A stretch of DNA of 64,000 nt from an uncultured Aliarcobacter sp. (GCA_963677435.1 OY781945.1:2976001-3040000), one strand, 5' to 3'; positions 1 through 10,180 are shown, numbered from the stretch's first letter. The notes: generated from the letters alone by a model not told the origin. Numbers and translations: made by a program.

Positions 1-141
1 CCTTTTTTATTAGATGATATATTATACTCTTTTAATTATATATTAGATATAACTTTTGCTTATATAACTAAACTTAAAAATCTCAATCTTTACTCAATAA
101 TAATCAATTATGACTCTTATTAACTACATCTGATTTTTCCT

Positions 142-417
142 CTAGCACATTGCTAAATGGGTATTTATTGACATAAAGCTATCATCAATAACTTTTTTAT
201 GAGCCTCAAATTCCTCTTTACTTGCTTTGCTAATTGCTTCTAATCTAGATTTTGATTCTTCGAGCTTTTCCTCTACGATTTTAATTAGTTTATCTAGTTT
301 TCTATTGGCATCAGCATCAAATTCTGAAAGCTGATCCTTTAATTCTTTTAATCTTAGTTCATACTCATCTATTTGAGCTTGTTTTTTTTGTTGATACAGT
401 TTTTTTTCATCCATCAT
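142..417 (-). CDS. Small coiled-coil hypothetical protein (sll1863-like stress-response family)
   Basis: 91-aa ORF with an upstream AAAGGA RBS; highly charged and helical; N-terminal pattern LYQQKxQAQIDE; lies directly downstream of the BON gene. Confidence 0.6.
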   Translation of the reverse strand: MMDEKKLYQQKKQAQIDEYELRLKELKDQLSEFDADANRKLDKLIKIVEEKLEESKSRLEAISKASKEEFEAHKKVIDDSFMSINTHLAMC

Positions 418-453
418 AAATCCTTTCTTTGATTATAAATGTACAAATTGAAA

Positions 454-1029
454 TTATTCAATGTTCATTTCATTAACTACGCTCTTAACCCCATCAACAT
501 CTTCTATAACTTTACTTACAAGTTCTTTTTCTGCAATGTTTAGAGCTTTTCCGCTAACAGTAACTACAGCATCATTTGTTGTAACAGAAGTTCTTAAAAC
601 GCCAGTTGAACGATGTATAACTAAAGCCATTTTTACTTTTGCAGTAATAACAGAATCATCAAGTTTTTCACCTACTGTACTTGTTTTCTCTTTAAGTATT
701 GTCATTTTATTTTCAACACTTTTAACTCCTTGAATATCTTCAACAAGTTTAGTAATCAACTCTTTTTCTGCACTATTTTCAACACTTCCATTGATTATAA
801 CAATACCATTAGTAGTACTAACTTCTGTTCGAAAAGTACTTGTTGAACGATGTAATAATAATGCCATTTTTACTTGTGTAGTAATAACAGCATCATCAAG
901 TTTTTCTCCAACAGAAGGCTTTAATTTTATTGTACTTTCATTTGTAACATCAGCAGCTAATAGTGGGAAAGTATTTACAACTAAAACAGTTGCAACAATT
1001 GCTACTTTTAAAAATATACTCGGTTTCAT
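454..1029 (-). CDS. BON-domain (OsmY-like) periplasmic protein with two BON repeats
   Basis: Signal peptide followed by two repeats of VGEKLDDxVITxxVKMAL...GVKSVxN; AAGGAG RBS. Confidence 0.88.
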   Translation of the reverse strand: MKPSIFLKVAIVATVLVVNTFPLLAADVTNESTIKLKPSVGEKLDDAVITTQVKMALLLHRSTSTFRTEVSTTNGIVIINGSVENSAEKELITKLVEDIQGVKSVENKMTILKEKTSTVGEKLDDSVITAKVKMALVIHRSTGVLRTSVTTNDAVVTVSGKALNIAEKELVSKVIEDVDGVKSVVNEMNIE

Positions 1030-1124
1030 GGTTCATGTTCTCCTTTTGTATTTCGTAACACTTTTCATTATCTTCCAATACACATTAAAACAAGCCACAA
1101 ATAAAAATTATTTGTTAAAGAGCC

Positions 1125-1159
1125 TAATTAAATGCGACTAAGTTGCATTTAATTATACT
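1125..1159 (+). promoter_or_regulatory. 15-1-15 palindromic operator overlapping a TATACT -10 element upstream of the ABC importer
   Basis: TAATTAAATGCGACT-A-AGTTGCATTTAATTA (1125-1155, one mismatch); TATACT at 1154-1159. Confidence 0.6.
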
Positions 1160-1201
1160 TAAAATATGATTCCAATAATAATTATCAGAAAAAGGAAAAG
1201 A

Positions 1202-2698
1202 ATGAATATTAAGAAATTAATAAAATTATGTTTAATTTTTTCATTTTTAACTCTTAGTGCAAATGAGTTAAAAGTAATAGGACCAAATGAAATAAAAGGT
1301 ATTGAACCAACAAAATCAGGATATATATTTTCAAGACTTCAGATTGCTGAAAATCTTGTAAAAGTAAATGACAAAGGTGAAATTCTTCCAAATTTAGCTA
1401 TTAGTTGGGAAACTTCGGCAGATGAGTTAACATGGAAATTTAAAATAAGACCTAATGTAAAATTTCAAGATGATACTATTTTAGATGCACAAACAGTAGT
1501 TTTAAATTTGACGAGAGAAGATGCAAAAGAAAAAAGTATTTTGAGATATTTACCTATTGAAAAAATAGATTCAAATAATGATGAATTGATAATAAAACTA
1601 ACTTCAAAGGTTAGTATTTTACCCGCATACTTTGCTCATTACACTACTTTGATATTAAGTAAAAATTCATTTGAAAATGGAAAAGTTGTGGAATTCATAG
1701 GAACAGGTCCTTTTAAAATCACAAATATTACTGAACCTCTTTTAATAAAAGCAGATAGATTTGACTCTTGGTGGGGGAAAACTAACGAAGTTGAAAAACT
1801 TACATATAATGCAGTTGGAACTAATGAAACAAGAGCCTTAATGATTAAAAGTGGTGATGCAGATATTGCTTTTTCAATTTTGCCAATATCATTAAAGTCA
1901 TTAGAGAAAAACCCTAATTTAGATATTCAGACAGTGAAAATATTTAGAACTAGAAAATTAAAACTAAATTCAGGAGATGAAATTTTAAAAGACAAAAATA
2001 TAAGACAAGCTATAAGTTATGCAATAAATAGAGATGCTATAGCAAAAGGAATTTTAAAAGATGAATCTTTAGCAGCAACACAAATGTTTCCACCTGAGCT
2101 TGTAGCTTGGCACAATAAAAATATAGAACCACTAACATTTAATATTAAAAAATCAGAAGAACTACTAAAAAATAGTGGTTGGGAAAAACAAAATGATGGT
2201 TTTTTATATAAAAATGGTAAAAAATTAGAACTTGAACTTATTACTTATCCAAACTGGCCAGAACTGCCTATTATTGCAACGGTTGTTCAAAATCAATTAA
2301 AACAAGTTGGAATTGATTTAAGAATATCTGTTACAAATTCATCTGAAGTTGTAAGAAAACACAAAGATAACTCTTTACAATTAGCCCTTATTTCAAAAAA
2401 CTTTACATTAGTTCCTAATCCTTTAGGCACTATTAGTGAAGATTATGGTGAGAATGGTGGAGATTGGGGTGCTATGAATTGGAAAAATGAAAAAATGGCA
2501 TCTGATTTAAAATCATTATATGAAAAAGCTAATTTAGAAACTCAGTTTGAAGTATCTAAAATTTTAAATGAAGAATTACCATCTATTCCACTAACTTGGT
2601 CAAGTATTACTGTTGTTTCAAATAAAAAAATCAAGAATCTTAAAATTGATCCTTTTGAAATTTCTTATAATTTAACTGATATTAAATTTGATAAATAA
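1202..2698 (+). CDS. ABC transporter substrate-binding protein, family 5 (NikA/DppA/OppA; nickel, peptide or metallophore)
   Basis: Motifs PNLAISW...WKFKIRPNVKFQD, GTGPF and RQAISYAINR; start moved to ATG 1202, which follows an AAAGGA RBS and begins a signal peptide. Confidence 0.9.
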   Translation: MNIKKLIKLCLIFSFLTLSANELKVIGPNEIKGIEPTKSGYIFSRLQIAENLVKVNDKGEILPNLAISWETSADELTWKFKIRPNVKFQDDTILDAQTVVLNLTREDAKEKSILRYLPIEKIDSNNDELIIKLTSKVSILPAYFAHYTTLILSKNSFENGKVVEFIGTGPFKITNITEPLLIKADRFDSWWGKTNEVEKLTYNAVGTNETRALMIKSGDADIAFSILPISLKSLEKNPNLDIQTVKIFRTRKLKLNSGDEILKDKNIRQAISYAINRDAIAKGILKDESLAATQMFPPELVAWHNKNIEPLTFNIKKSEELLKNSGWEKQNDGFLYKNGKKLELELITYPNWPELPIIATVVQNQLKQVGIDLRISVTNSSEVVRKHKDNSLQLALISKNFTLVPNPLGTISEDYGENGGDWGAMNWKNEKMASDLKSLYEKANLETQFEVSKILNEELPSIPLTWSSITVVSNKKIKNLKIDPFEISYNLTDIKFDK

Positions 2699-2707
2699 AG
2701 ATATTAG

Positions 2708-3661
2708 ATGTTTATAAATATTTTTATAAAAAGATTTTTTCAAGTCATAGTAGTTGCTTTATTATCAAGTAGTATCGGTTTTTTAATGATGCACTTATTA
2801 CCTGGTGATATTGCTATGAGAATCGCAGCAGGAAGGTATGGCCCAGATGGCCTTACTGCTGAAATTGCACAAAGTGTTAGAATAGAATTGCAATTAAATA
2901 AACCCTTATATGAACAATATCTAATATCAATTTTTAATTTTTTAAAACTTGACTTAGGATATTCGTTAGTTAGTGGAAATAGTGTTATTCAAGAATTAAA
3001 AGTTCAATTGGGCTACTCTTTTGTTTTAGCTCTTTTGGCTTTTATTGTTTCATTAATTATTGCTATTCCTTTAGGAATATTTACATCTATTAGCAAATAT
3101 AAATTTGTAAATAATAGTGTTATGTTAATTTCAATTATTATTAGAGCCATTCCCCCTTTTGTTTTAGCACTAATTCTTATTTTGATATTTAGTATTTGGT
3201 TTAATATTTTACCACCTGCTGGATTTGAGAGTTGGAAAAATTTTGTATTACCAACATTAACTCTTTGCCTTGGATTAGCTGCTGTTTCAAACAGGTTAAT
3301 AACAGATTCTATGAATGATGTTCAAAACTCTTCTTATTTTAAATATGGAAGATTTAAAGGTTTATCTCAAAATATAACAATAAAAAGACATGGTATTAAG
3401 AATGCTTTAATTCCTTTAATATCATTTTTAGCCCTTCAATCTGTTTATTTAATAGAAGGTGTTGTAGTTGTAGAAACCATATTTGCTTTCCCTGGAATTG
3501 GTCATGCCTTAGTTCATGCAATTGTGGCAAGAGATATACCAATGATTCAAGGTACTGTTTTAATTATGGGATTAATATTTGTATTTATAAATCTAATTGT
3601 AGATATTTTGGCACTAAATTTAGACCCAAGATTAAAGGAGAAAAAATATAATGGAAAATAA
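2708..3661 (+). CDS. ABC transporter permease (NikB/DppB-like)
   Basis: Motifs LLPGD, DLGYSL, KGL...HGIKNA and VETIFAFPGIG. Confidence 0.92.
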   Translation: MFINIFIKRFFQVIVVALLSSSIGFLMMHLLPGDIAMRIAAGRYGPDGLTAEIAQSVRIELQLNKPLYEQYLISIFNFLKLDLGYSLVSGNSVIQELKVQLGYSFVLALLAFIVSLIIAIPLGIFTSISKYKFVNNSVMLISIIIRAIPPFVLALILILIFSIWFNILPPAGFESWKNFVLPTLTLCLGLAAVSNRLITDSMNDVQNSSYFKYGRFKGLSQNITIKRHGIKNALIPLISFLALQSVYLIEGVVVVETIFAFPGIGHALVHAIVARDIPMIQGTVLIMGLIFVFINLIVDILALNLDPRLKEKKYNGK

Positions 3662-4439
3662 AAGAACTTTTTATATTGGTTTATATATTTTAATATTTTT
3701 AGCATTTTTCTCAATTCTCAGTCAAATTATTTTAAATTATGAAAGCGACCAACAAGATTTATTTAATATATTTGCAAATCCAACTTTAGAACATCCTTTA
3801 GGAACAGACCAATATGGAAGAGATGTATTAGTAAGAGTTGCCCAAGCTACACAGCTTTCATTTTTCCTAGCTTTAATTACAACAGTAACTGCCTTTATAC
3901 CAGGTGTTACCTTAGGAATATTAGCAGCATATAAAGGTGGATTAACTGATAAGTTTTTAAATATTATTTGTGATATATTATTAGCTCTTCCAGGATTGTT
4001 ACTGATTCTTGTATTAATTGCTTTTTCTCCTGGAGATTTTTTGCCACTTTATGTAGGACTTGCATTAATTTTATGGATTGAATTCTTCAAAATTACTAGA
4101 TTAAAAACCAAATCATTACTGGTTGAACCTTTTGTTGAATCATCAAAATCTTTAGGATTTAGTTTTTTTTATATCTTAAGAAAATTAATTATTCCAAAAC
4201 TTTTACCCATGATATTTACTATTTCAACTTTTTCAATGAGTACAGCAATTATTGCTATTTCTTCATTAAGTGCAATAAATGTAGGAATTAGACCACCAAC
4301 AGCTGAGTTAGGAAGTATGATTATTGAACTATTACCATATTATGAAGAAGAACCATTATTAGTTTTATTGCCCTCTTTAATTATATTCTTAATTGTACTA
4401 TCACTACAACTTATGTCTAAAAGGAGTGTAAATGAATAA
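3651..4439 (+). CDS. ABC transporter permease (NikC/DppC-like)
   Basis: HPLGTDQYGRD motif; overlaps the upstream stop. Confidence 0.92.
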   Translation: MENKRTFYIGLYILIFLAFFSILSQIILNYESDQQDLFNIFANPTLEHPLGTDQYGRDVLVRVAQATQLSFFLALITTVTAFIPGVTLGILAAYKGGLTDKFLNIICDILLALPGLLLILVLIAFSPGDFLPLYVGLALILWIEFFKITRLKTKSLLVEPFVESSKSLGFSFFYILRKLIIPKLLPMIFTISTFSMSTAIIAISSLSAINVGIRPPTAELGSMIIELLPYYEEEPLLVLLPSLIIFLIVLSLQLMSKRSVNE

Positions 4440-5832
4440 ACAATTAAAAATAGAAAATTTAACAATTTACACAAAAGATAAAGTACTTGTAAAAGATATA
4501 AATTTAGAAATATCTACAAATAAACCTCTTGTATTATTAGGAGAGTCAGGTTCTGGTAAATCTTTAGTTATAGATGCTGTAATGGGCATTTTACCCCAAG
4601 AATTAGAAGTATCAGGAAAAATATTACTTGATAATATTGATTTATTAAAATTATCAAAAAAAGAAAGGGAAAAACTTTGGGGAAAACATATAACCTTACT
4701 TCCTCAAGAACCTTGGTTATCTTTAGACCCAACTATGAAAGTAATTGAACAAATCAAAGAAGTTAGACAATTCACATATAAAAATAATGTTAAGCAGAGT
4801 TTAAAAAAATCATTAGAAGAACTAAAAGATGTAAAACTAGAAAAGTTTACAAATTCATATCCTTATGAACTCTCAGGAGGTATGTGCCAAAGATTAACGA
4901 TTGCAATTACCCATGTTCAAGAAGGAAGCCTAATTTTAGTTGATGAACCAACAAAAGGATTGGATAAAAAACTGTGTGACTCGATAGTTGATAAATTAAA
5001 TGAACAAATAAAACAAAATAAACTTTTATTTGTTATTACCCATGATTTAGAAATTGCAAGAAAAATAGAAGGCTCTTTAGGAATTATGGTCGATGGAGAA
5101 ATCATTGAATATTCTGATACAAAATCAATTTTTAATAATCCACAAAAAGAGTACACAAAAAAATTAATTTTAGCAGAGCCAACATTTTGGAAAATAGAAA
5201 AAACAAAACCAAAAGATGAAACAATCGTTCATATAAAAAATTTAAGTAAACAGTTTGATAAAAATATACTTTTTAAAAAATTATCATTTGATATAAAAAA
5301 AGGTGAAATAGTCTCAATAGTTGGGGAAAGTGGTAGTGGAAAAAGTTCATTAGGAAATATAATTTTAGAGCATTTATCATCAGATTCTGGAGAGATTATA
5401 AAAAATAAAAATTATTCAAAAATCCAATTTCAAAAGATTTATCAAGATCCACCAAGTGCTTTTTTGCCTGAGCAAATATTAGAAGATGGCTTTTTAGATT
5501 TACTAAAATTACATAAAATTGCAAAAGAAAAATTATATTCATTTTTAGAAAAATTTAATTTATCAAAAGAGTTATTAAATAGAACACCATCTGAAATATC
5601 AGGAGGGGAATTACAAAGATTTTCTATAATCAGAGTATTGCTTTTAAAACCTATTTTTATTTTTGCAGATGAGATTACATCAAGACTTGATCCTATATCT
5701 CAAAAAGAGGTTTTATTTTTATTAAAAGAGATAGTTGAAACTGAAAATCTAAGTGTTCTTCTTGTTACCCATGATAGAACACTAGCTCAAATCATTTCTA
5801 ATAAAATAATTAATATAGAAGAGTATAAATAA
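4432..5832 (+). CDS. ABC transporter ATP-binding protein with two fused ATPase domains
   Basis: Two Walker A motifs (GESGSGKS), signatures LSGGM and ISGGE, Walker B motifs VDEP and ADEI. Confidence 0.93.
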   Translation: MNKQLKIENLTIYTKDKVLVKDINLEISTNKPLVLLGESGSGKSLVIDAVMGILPQELEVSGKILLDNIDLLKLSKKEREKLWGKHITLLPQEPWLSLDPTMKVIEQIKEVRQFTYKNNVKQSLKKSLEELKDVKLEKFTNSYPYELSGGMCQRLTIAITHVQEGSLILVDEPTKGLDKKLCDSIVDKLNEQIKQNKLLFVITHDLEIARKIEGSLGIMVDGEIIEYSDTKSIFNNPQKEYTKKLILAEPTFWKIEKTKPKDETIVHIKNLSKQFDKNILFKKLSFDIKKGEIVSIVGESGSGKSSLGNIILEHLSSDSGEIIKNKNYSKIQFQKIYQDPPSAFLPEQILEDGFLDLLKLHKIAKEKLYSFLEKFNLSKELLNRTPSEISGGELQRFSIIRVLLLKPIFIFADEITSRLDPISQKEVLFLLKEIVETENLSVLLVTHDRTLAQIISNKIINIEEYK

Positions 5833-5844
5833 AAAAAGGGAAAA

Positions 5845-6768
5845 TCAAATATTGATTTTCCCCTCTTCTTGTTTTGCCCAGATACCAGCAAGAATAGAAC
5901 CTGAAATATTATGCCAAATACTAAATATAGCCCCAGGAAGTGCACTTAAAGGTGTAAAATATTTCATTGCTAGAACAACTGCTAAACCAGAGTTTTGCAT
6001 TCCAACTTCTATTGCAACTGTTTTGCAAACAGTTTTATCATAACCAAACAATTTCGTAAAATAATATCCAGTAATTAGTCCTAAAAGATTATGACAAGCT
6101 ATTGCTAACATCAAAGATATGGCAATTGTAGAGATTTTACTTTCATTTATACCTATAATAATTCCTATTATAAATACAATTGAAATGATTGATAATAGAG
6201 CAAAAATATCATGTCTTTTTTCAATATATTTATTAAAAAAGTGATTTAAAATAAGTCCTATTACAACAGGTACAAATACTATTTTTAAAATACTAAGTAA
6301 CATATCAAAAGCAGGAACAGGAACCGTTTGTCCAACATAAAGAAGTGTCAAATAAGGAGTAATGATTATAGACAAAAGGGTAGAAACTATAGTCATAGTA
6401 ATAGAAAGTGCCACATCAGCTTTTGCTAAAAATACTATTACATTAGATGCAGTTCCACCTGAAACTGCACCAACTAAAATCATACCCACAAGTAATTCAT
6501 CAGATAAATTAAATATTTTAGAAACTAAAAAAGCAAACAAAGGCATAAATAAAAACTGTAATACAACTGTCAAAGCTATGATTTTAGGGCTTTTAAAAAC
6601 TCTTTTAAAATCATCAAGTTTTAGTGTAATTCCCATACAAAACATAATAAGTATCAAAAGTGGAATAATCCAAGACTTAAATCCAACCACCAAACTTGGT
6701 TGAAAATATGAAACTATTGAGAATAATACAGCCCATAGAGGAAATAAAATAGAAATTTTTTTAATCAT
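5845..6768 (-). CDS. Bile acid:sodium symporter (BASS) family transporter, PanS-like
   Basis: Motifs IMFCMG, GGTASNV, EVGMQNSGLA and IWHNISGS. Confidence 0.9.
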   Translation of the reverse strand: MIKKISILFPLWAVLFSIVSYFQPSLVVGFKSWIIPLLILIMFCMGITLKLDDFKRVFKSPKIIALTVVLQFLFMPLFAFLVSKIFNLSDELLVGMILVGAVSGGTASNVIVFLAKADVALSITMTIVSTLLSIIITPYLTLLYVGQTVPVPAFDMLLSILKIVFVPVVIGLILNHFFNKYIEKRHDIFALLSIISIVFIIGIIIGINESKISTIAISLMLAIACHNLLGLITGYYFTKLFGYDKTVCKTVAIEVGMQNSGLAVVLAMKYFTPLSALPGAIFSIWHNISGSILAGIWAKQEEGKINI

Positions 6769-6800
6769 TAGTAATCCAAAGTTTTTTCTTATTTTACAAA

Positions 6801-6840
6801 AATAATCTCATAAACACATAAAGCTTTTATGAGACTATTT
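6801..6840 (-). terminator. Probable intrinsic terminator after the 2-hydroxyacid dehydrogenase gene
   Basis: TCTCATAAA/TTTATGAGA inverted repeat followed by a T-run on the minus strand. Confidence 0.5.
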
Positions 6841-6844
6841 TCCT

Positions 6845-7774
6845 TTATTTATTCAAAAAATCTTTTATATTTTGTGCTACTTTTTTCATAAGTCTATTTC
6901 TTGCTTCACTTGATCCCCAACCTATATGTGGAGTTAAAAGTAGTCTATCTTTATTTTTAACTTTTAATAGTGGATTTGAACTCTCAATTGGCTCTTTTGA
7001 AACAACATCAATCCCACAATAAATCTCTTTTTCATCTATAATTTTGGCTAAATCATCTTCATTTATAATTCCACCACGACCTAAATTTAATAAAATTGCA
7101 CCCTCTTTTATATTTTTCATATTTTCATATGTCAATAAATTTCTTGTGTTGTCATTTAATGGGCAATGAATACTTATGATATCTGAGGTTTGTAATAACT
7201 CATCAAGTTCAACTCTTTTGTAATTTGAATTGCTGTTTCTTCCACTTGTTGAGTAATAAACAACTTCACAATCAAAAGCTTGGGCTTTTTTTGCTAAGTT
7301 TGCTCCAATATTTCCAAAACCAATAACTCCAACTCTTTTATTATCTAACTCAAAAAAGATTTCATCAATATGCGTAAATGCTGGTGCTTTTTCCCATCCA
7401 CCATTGTCAACATAAGTTTTATAATAATTTAGTTTTTGAACAAAATGAAATATCATCGCAAAAGCCACTTGAACTACACTTGATGTAGAATAATCAGCCA
7501 CATTTTTTACTACAATATTTTTAGTTTTTGCATACTCTAAATCTACATTATCAGTTCCAGTTGCTGTGATACAAATAAGTTTTATAGATGAATCATCCAT
7601 TTGCTCTTTTCGTAAAACTACTTTATTTGTGATTACTATATCTGCATCTTTTGCTCTCTCTTTCGTCTCGTTTGCACTTGTTGTATCATAAGAGATAAGC
7701 TCTCCGAACTCTTTAAAAATATTTATATCTATATCTGAACCTAATGTCACTCTATCTAAAATTACAATTTTCAT
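6845..7774 (-). CDS. D-isomer-specific 2-hydroxyacid dehydrogenase
   Basis: Rossmann motif GVIGFGNIG; also ATGTDNVD, NLGRG and LTPHIGW. Confidence 0.93.
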   Translation of the reverse strand: MKIVILDRVTLGSDIDINIFKEFGELISYDTTSANETKERAKDADIVITNKVVLRKEQMDDSSIKLICITATGTDNVDLEYAKTKNIVVKNVADYSTSSVVQVAFAMIFHFVQKLNYYKTYVDNGGWEKAPAFTHIDEIFFELDNKRVGVIGFGNIGANLAKKAQAFDCEVVYYSTSGRNSNSNYKRVELDELLQTSDIISIHCPLNDNTRNLLTYENMKNIKEGAILLNLGRGGIINEDDLAKIIDEKEIYCGIDVVSKEPIESSNPLLKVKNKDRLLLTPHIGWGSSEARNRLMKKVAQNIKDFLNK

Positions 7775-8643
7775 TTTATTCCTTTTCTTTTATTAATTAA
7801 TATTATTCCAATTATTATAGTAATAATTCCTATAATTTCACTAAATTCAATTTTATCCCCCAACAAAAAATATGAAACAATAGCAGCACTAACGGGTACC
7901 AAATAAAAAACAGAAGATACTTTAGAAACTTCACCATTTCTTATCATAATATATAAAAGAGATAAAGCGCCAATACTAACTCCAACTGTCATATAAAGTA
8001 ATGCAATAGTAAAATCAACATTCAAATTTATATGAACATCTTCAAAAAACAAAAATGGCAAAACCAAAATTGTGGAACTCAAAGTTTGTATTGCACCACC
8101 TGAGTAAAGATTCATATGAGAGCAATACTTCTTTTGATATAAACTTCCAATACTAAGACCTAATAATGAAATAAAAGACCAAAATAGACCAAGAGATGAA
8201 AAGGAAGTTCCAAGTTTAGAAAAAACTACAAAACCAACACCTACAAAGCCTATTATTAGTCCTAACCAAACTCTTAGATTTATATCTTCATTTAGCAACT
8301 TCATCGCTAAAACCGTTACAAGTATTGGCTGTAATGATATTATCAAAGCATTTGTTGCTCCTGATATTCCATAACTAACTGATAAAAACCCTCCTATTGA
8401 AAATATTCCTACAGTAAAAATTCCAGCAATTACAATATGAAAAAATTCATTCTTACTTTTAGGCATTGGTATTTTAAATATAAGAGTAATCAAAAGTAAG
8501 ATACAAAAAGCAATAAAAAACCGTACTTCTAAAAAAGCCATTGGAGATGCATTTTGTAAACCATATTCACAAAAAATAAATCCACTTCCATATAAAAACA
8601 TGAAAAAAAATGGCAAAATAGATTTTTGTATATAAAATTTCAC
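7771..8643 (-). CDS. DMT/EamA family transporter
   Basis: About 10 TM helices, two EamA repeats, GTG start. Confidence 0.88.
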   Translation of the reverse strand: MKFYIQKSILPFFFMFLYGSGFIFCEYGLQNASPMAFLEVRFFIAFCILLLITLIFKIPMPKSKNEFFHIVIAGIFTVGIFSIGGFLSVSYGISGATNALIISLQPILVTVLAMKLLNEDINLRVWLGLIIGFVGVGFVVFSKLGTSFSSLGLFWSFISLLGLSIGSLYQKKYCSHMNLYSGGAIQTLSSTILVLPFLFFEDVHINLNVDFTIALLYMTVGVSIGALSLLYIMIRNGEVSKVSSVFYLVPVSAAIVSYFLLGDKIEFSEIIGIITIIIGIILINKRKGIK

Positions 8644-8645
8644 AC

Positions 8646-9539
8646 TTAACCTTTATTTACTATAGCTTGAACTTGTTCTTTTTTATTTATCAAATTCATT
8701 GCAATAAGAACAATAATAATTCCAATAAATACATTCAACTCCAGACTTTTATTCAATACAAAATAAGCCACAAGAGCAGAAGCTACTGGCAATAAATAAA
8801 ACAATGAAGATACTTTTGATACTTCACCATGTCTAATCATATAGTACAATAAAGACATAACTCCAATACTAGCAATAACAGACATATAACTTAAAGCAAT
8901 TATAAATTCGCCACTAAAATCAACTCTTATATCTTCAAAATACAATAATGGTAAAACAATAATTGCAGAAGCAAATGTTTGGATTACTCCACCTGTAATC
9001 AAATTCATATTTGAACAATATTTTTTTTGATACAAATTCCCAAAACTCATACTAAACAATCCCAATATTGCAAATAAAAAGCCTATTAACTCATTTTTAT
9101 TAATTTCTCCATCAAGCCCTAAAACAAACCCTACTCCAATAAGTCCAAGTATTAATCCAAACCATGCTCTTTTGCTTACTTCTTCACCTAAAAACTTCAT
9201 TGCAAAAAATGAAACTACAATAGGCTGTAAAGAGATAATCAAAGAACAAAGAGCGGGTGACAATCCATAATCTATTGAATTAAAACAACCAATAGAAAAA
9301 AGTCCCACAGATAAAATCCCAGCAACACTTATATGAAATATTTCATTTAAACTTTTTGGAAACTTTGCTTTAAATATAAATGCAACTAAGAGCAAAACTA
9401 CAAATGCAAGCAGATATCGTAATTCTAAAAAAGCCATACTGCTAGCATAAGATAAACCCATTTTTATAAATACAAAACCAGCACCTGAAAGTAGAATAAA
9501 GGCAAATGGTACAATATATGATTTCAGTTTTAACAACAT
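8646..9539 (-). CDS. DMT/EamA family transporter (paralog of the adjacent gene)
   Basis: About 10 TM helices; shares LYQKKYCS.MNL and GEVSKVSS with its neighbour; start set at ATG 9539 after AAGGAG. Confidence 0.88.
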   Translation of the reverse strand: MLLKLKSYIVPFAFILLSGAGFVFIKMGLSYASSMAFLELRYLLAFVVLLLVAFIFKAKFPKSLNEIFHISVAGILSVGLFSIGCFNSIDYGLSPALCSLIISLQPIVVSFFAMKFLGEEVSKRAWFGLILGLIGVGFVLGLDGEINKNELIGFLFAILGLFSMSFGNLYQKKYCSNMNLITGGVIQTFASAIIVLPLLYFEDIRVDFSGEFIIALSYMSVIASIGVMSLLYYMIRHGEVSKVSSLFYLLPVASALVAYFVLNKSLELNVFIGIIIVLIAMNLINKKEQVQAIVNKG

Positions 9540-9547
9540 TTTTCTCC

Positions 9548-9604
9548 TTGACTGTTTAGTCAATTAGAAGTATAGCAAAGTCTTGACTAATTAGTCAAGA
9601 CTTT
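9548..9604 (-). promoter_or_regulatory. Two TTGACT-N4-AGTCAA operators bracketing a sigma70 promoter of the DMT operon
   Basis: TTGACTGTTTAGTCAA at 9548-9563; perfect 28-bp palindrome AAAGTCTTGACTAATTAGTCAAGACTTT at 9577-9604; minus strand reads TTGACT-N18-TATACT with an extended TG. Confidence 0.75.
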
Positions 9605-9610
9605 TTGTAA

Positions 9611-10180
9611 TTATTTTTTAAGTGAGTTTAAAAACAGATCAAGTTGAGAAAGACAATCATAGAAAACTTGACCATCTTGAGATTTTTTTGCAGTTCCTAA
9701 GCATCCTTCAATTGAGGCAACGATGTACATAGATAAAGCTCTTGTATCATTATGATTAATCTCTTTATTTTTTACAGCTTTATCCAAAGCTTCTTTTATA
9801 ATAGATTCAAATCTTAAATAGACTTTTTCTAATGCTTCTTTAAAATCTTTATCTTTAGGTGAGAGTTCTTGAACCAGATTATTAAGCTTGCAACCCAATC
9901 TAAAATCAAAACCACCCCTTTGTTTTAGTAAAGACATAATCTCATCTATTATGTTCTCATCATAATTCAAAAGAGTAGAATACTTAGTCTCAGTATAAAG
10001 GTTTATTCGTTCATTTATAACTGCAAGAGTTAACTCTTTTTTTGATTTAAAGAAGTGATACATACTTCCTTTATTCATATTTGCTTGTTTTAAAATTTTA
10101 TCAACCGAAGTTGCAGCATATCCATTGTGATAAATTTCATCAAAGGCTACATCTAATAATTTATCTCTTGAACTAATCAT
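9611..10180 (-). CDS. TetR/AcrR family transcriptional regulator (LmrA/NemR-like)
   Basis: HTH segment GYAATSVDKIL...KGSMYHFFKSKKEL; C-terminal GCxLxNL motif. Confidence 0.92.
   Translation of the reverse strand: MISSRDKLLDVAFDEIYHNGYAATSVDKILKQANMNKGSMYHFFKSKKELTLAVINERINLYTETKYSTLLNYDENIIDEIMSLLKQRGGFDFRLGCKLNNLVQELSPKDKDFKEALEKVYLRFESIIKEALDKAVKNKEINHNDTRALSMYIVASIEGCLGTAKKSQDGQVFYDCLSQLDLFLNSLKK

Noticed and set aside
461..1141. Plus-strand ORFs 461-733 and 791-1141, similar to each other
   Set aside because: Antisense shadows of the two BON repeats; their similarity simply mirrors the sense-strand duplication
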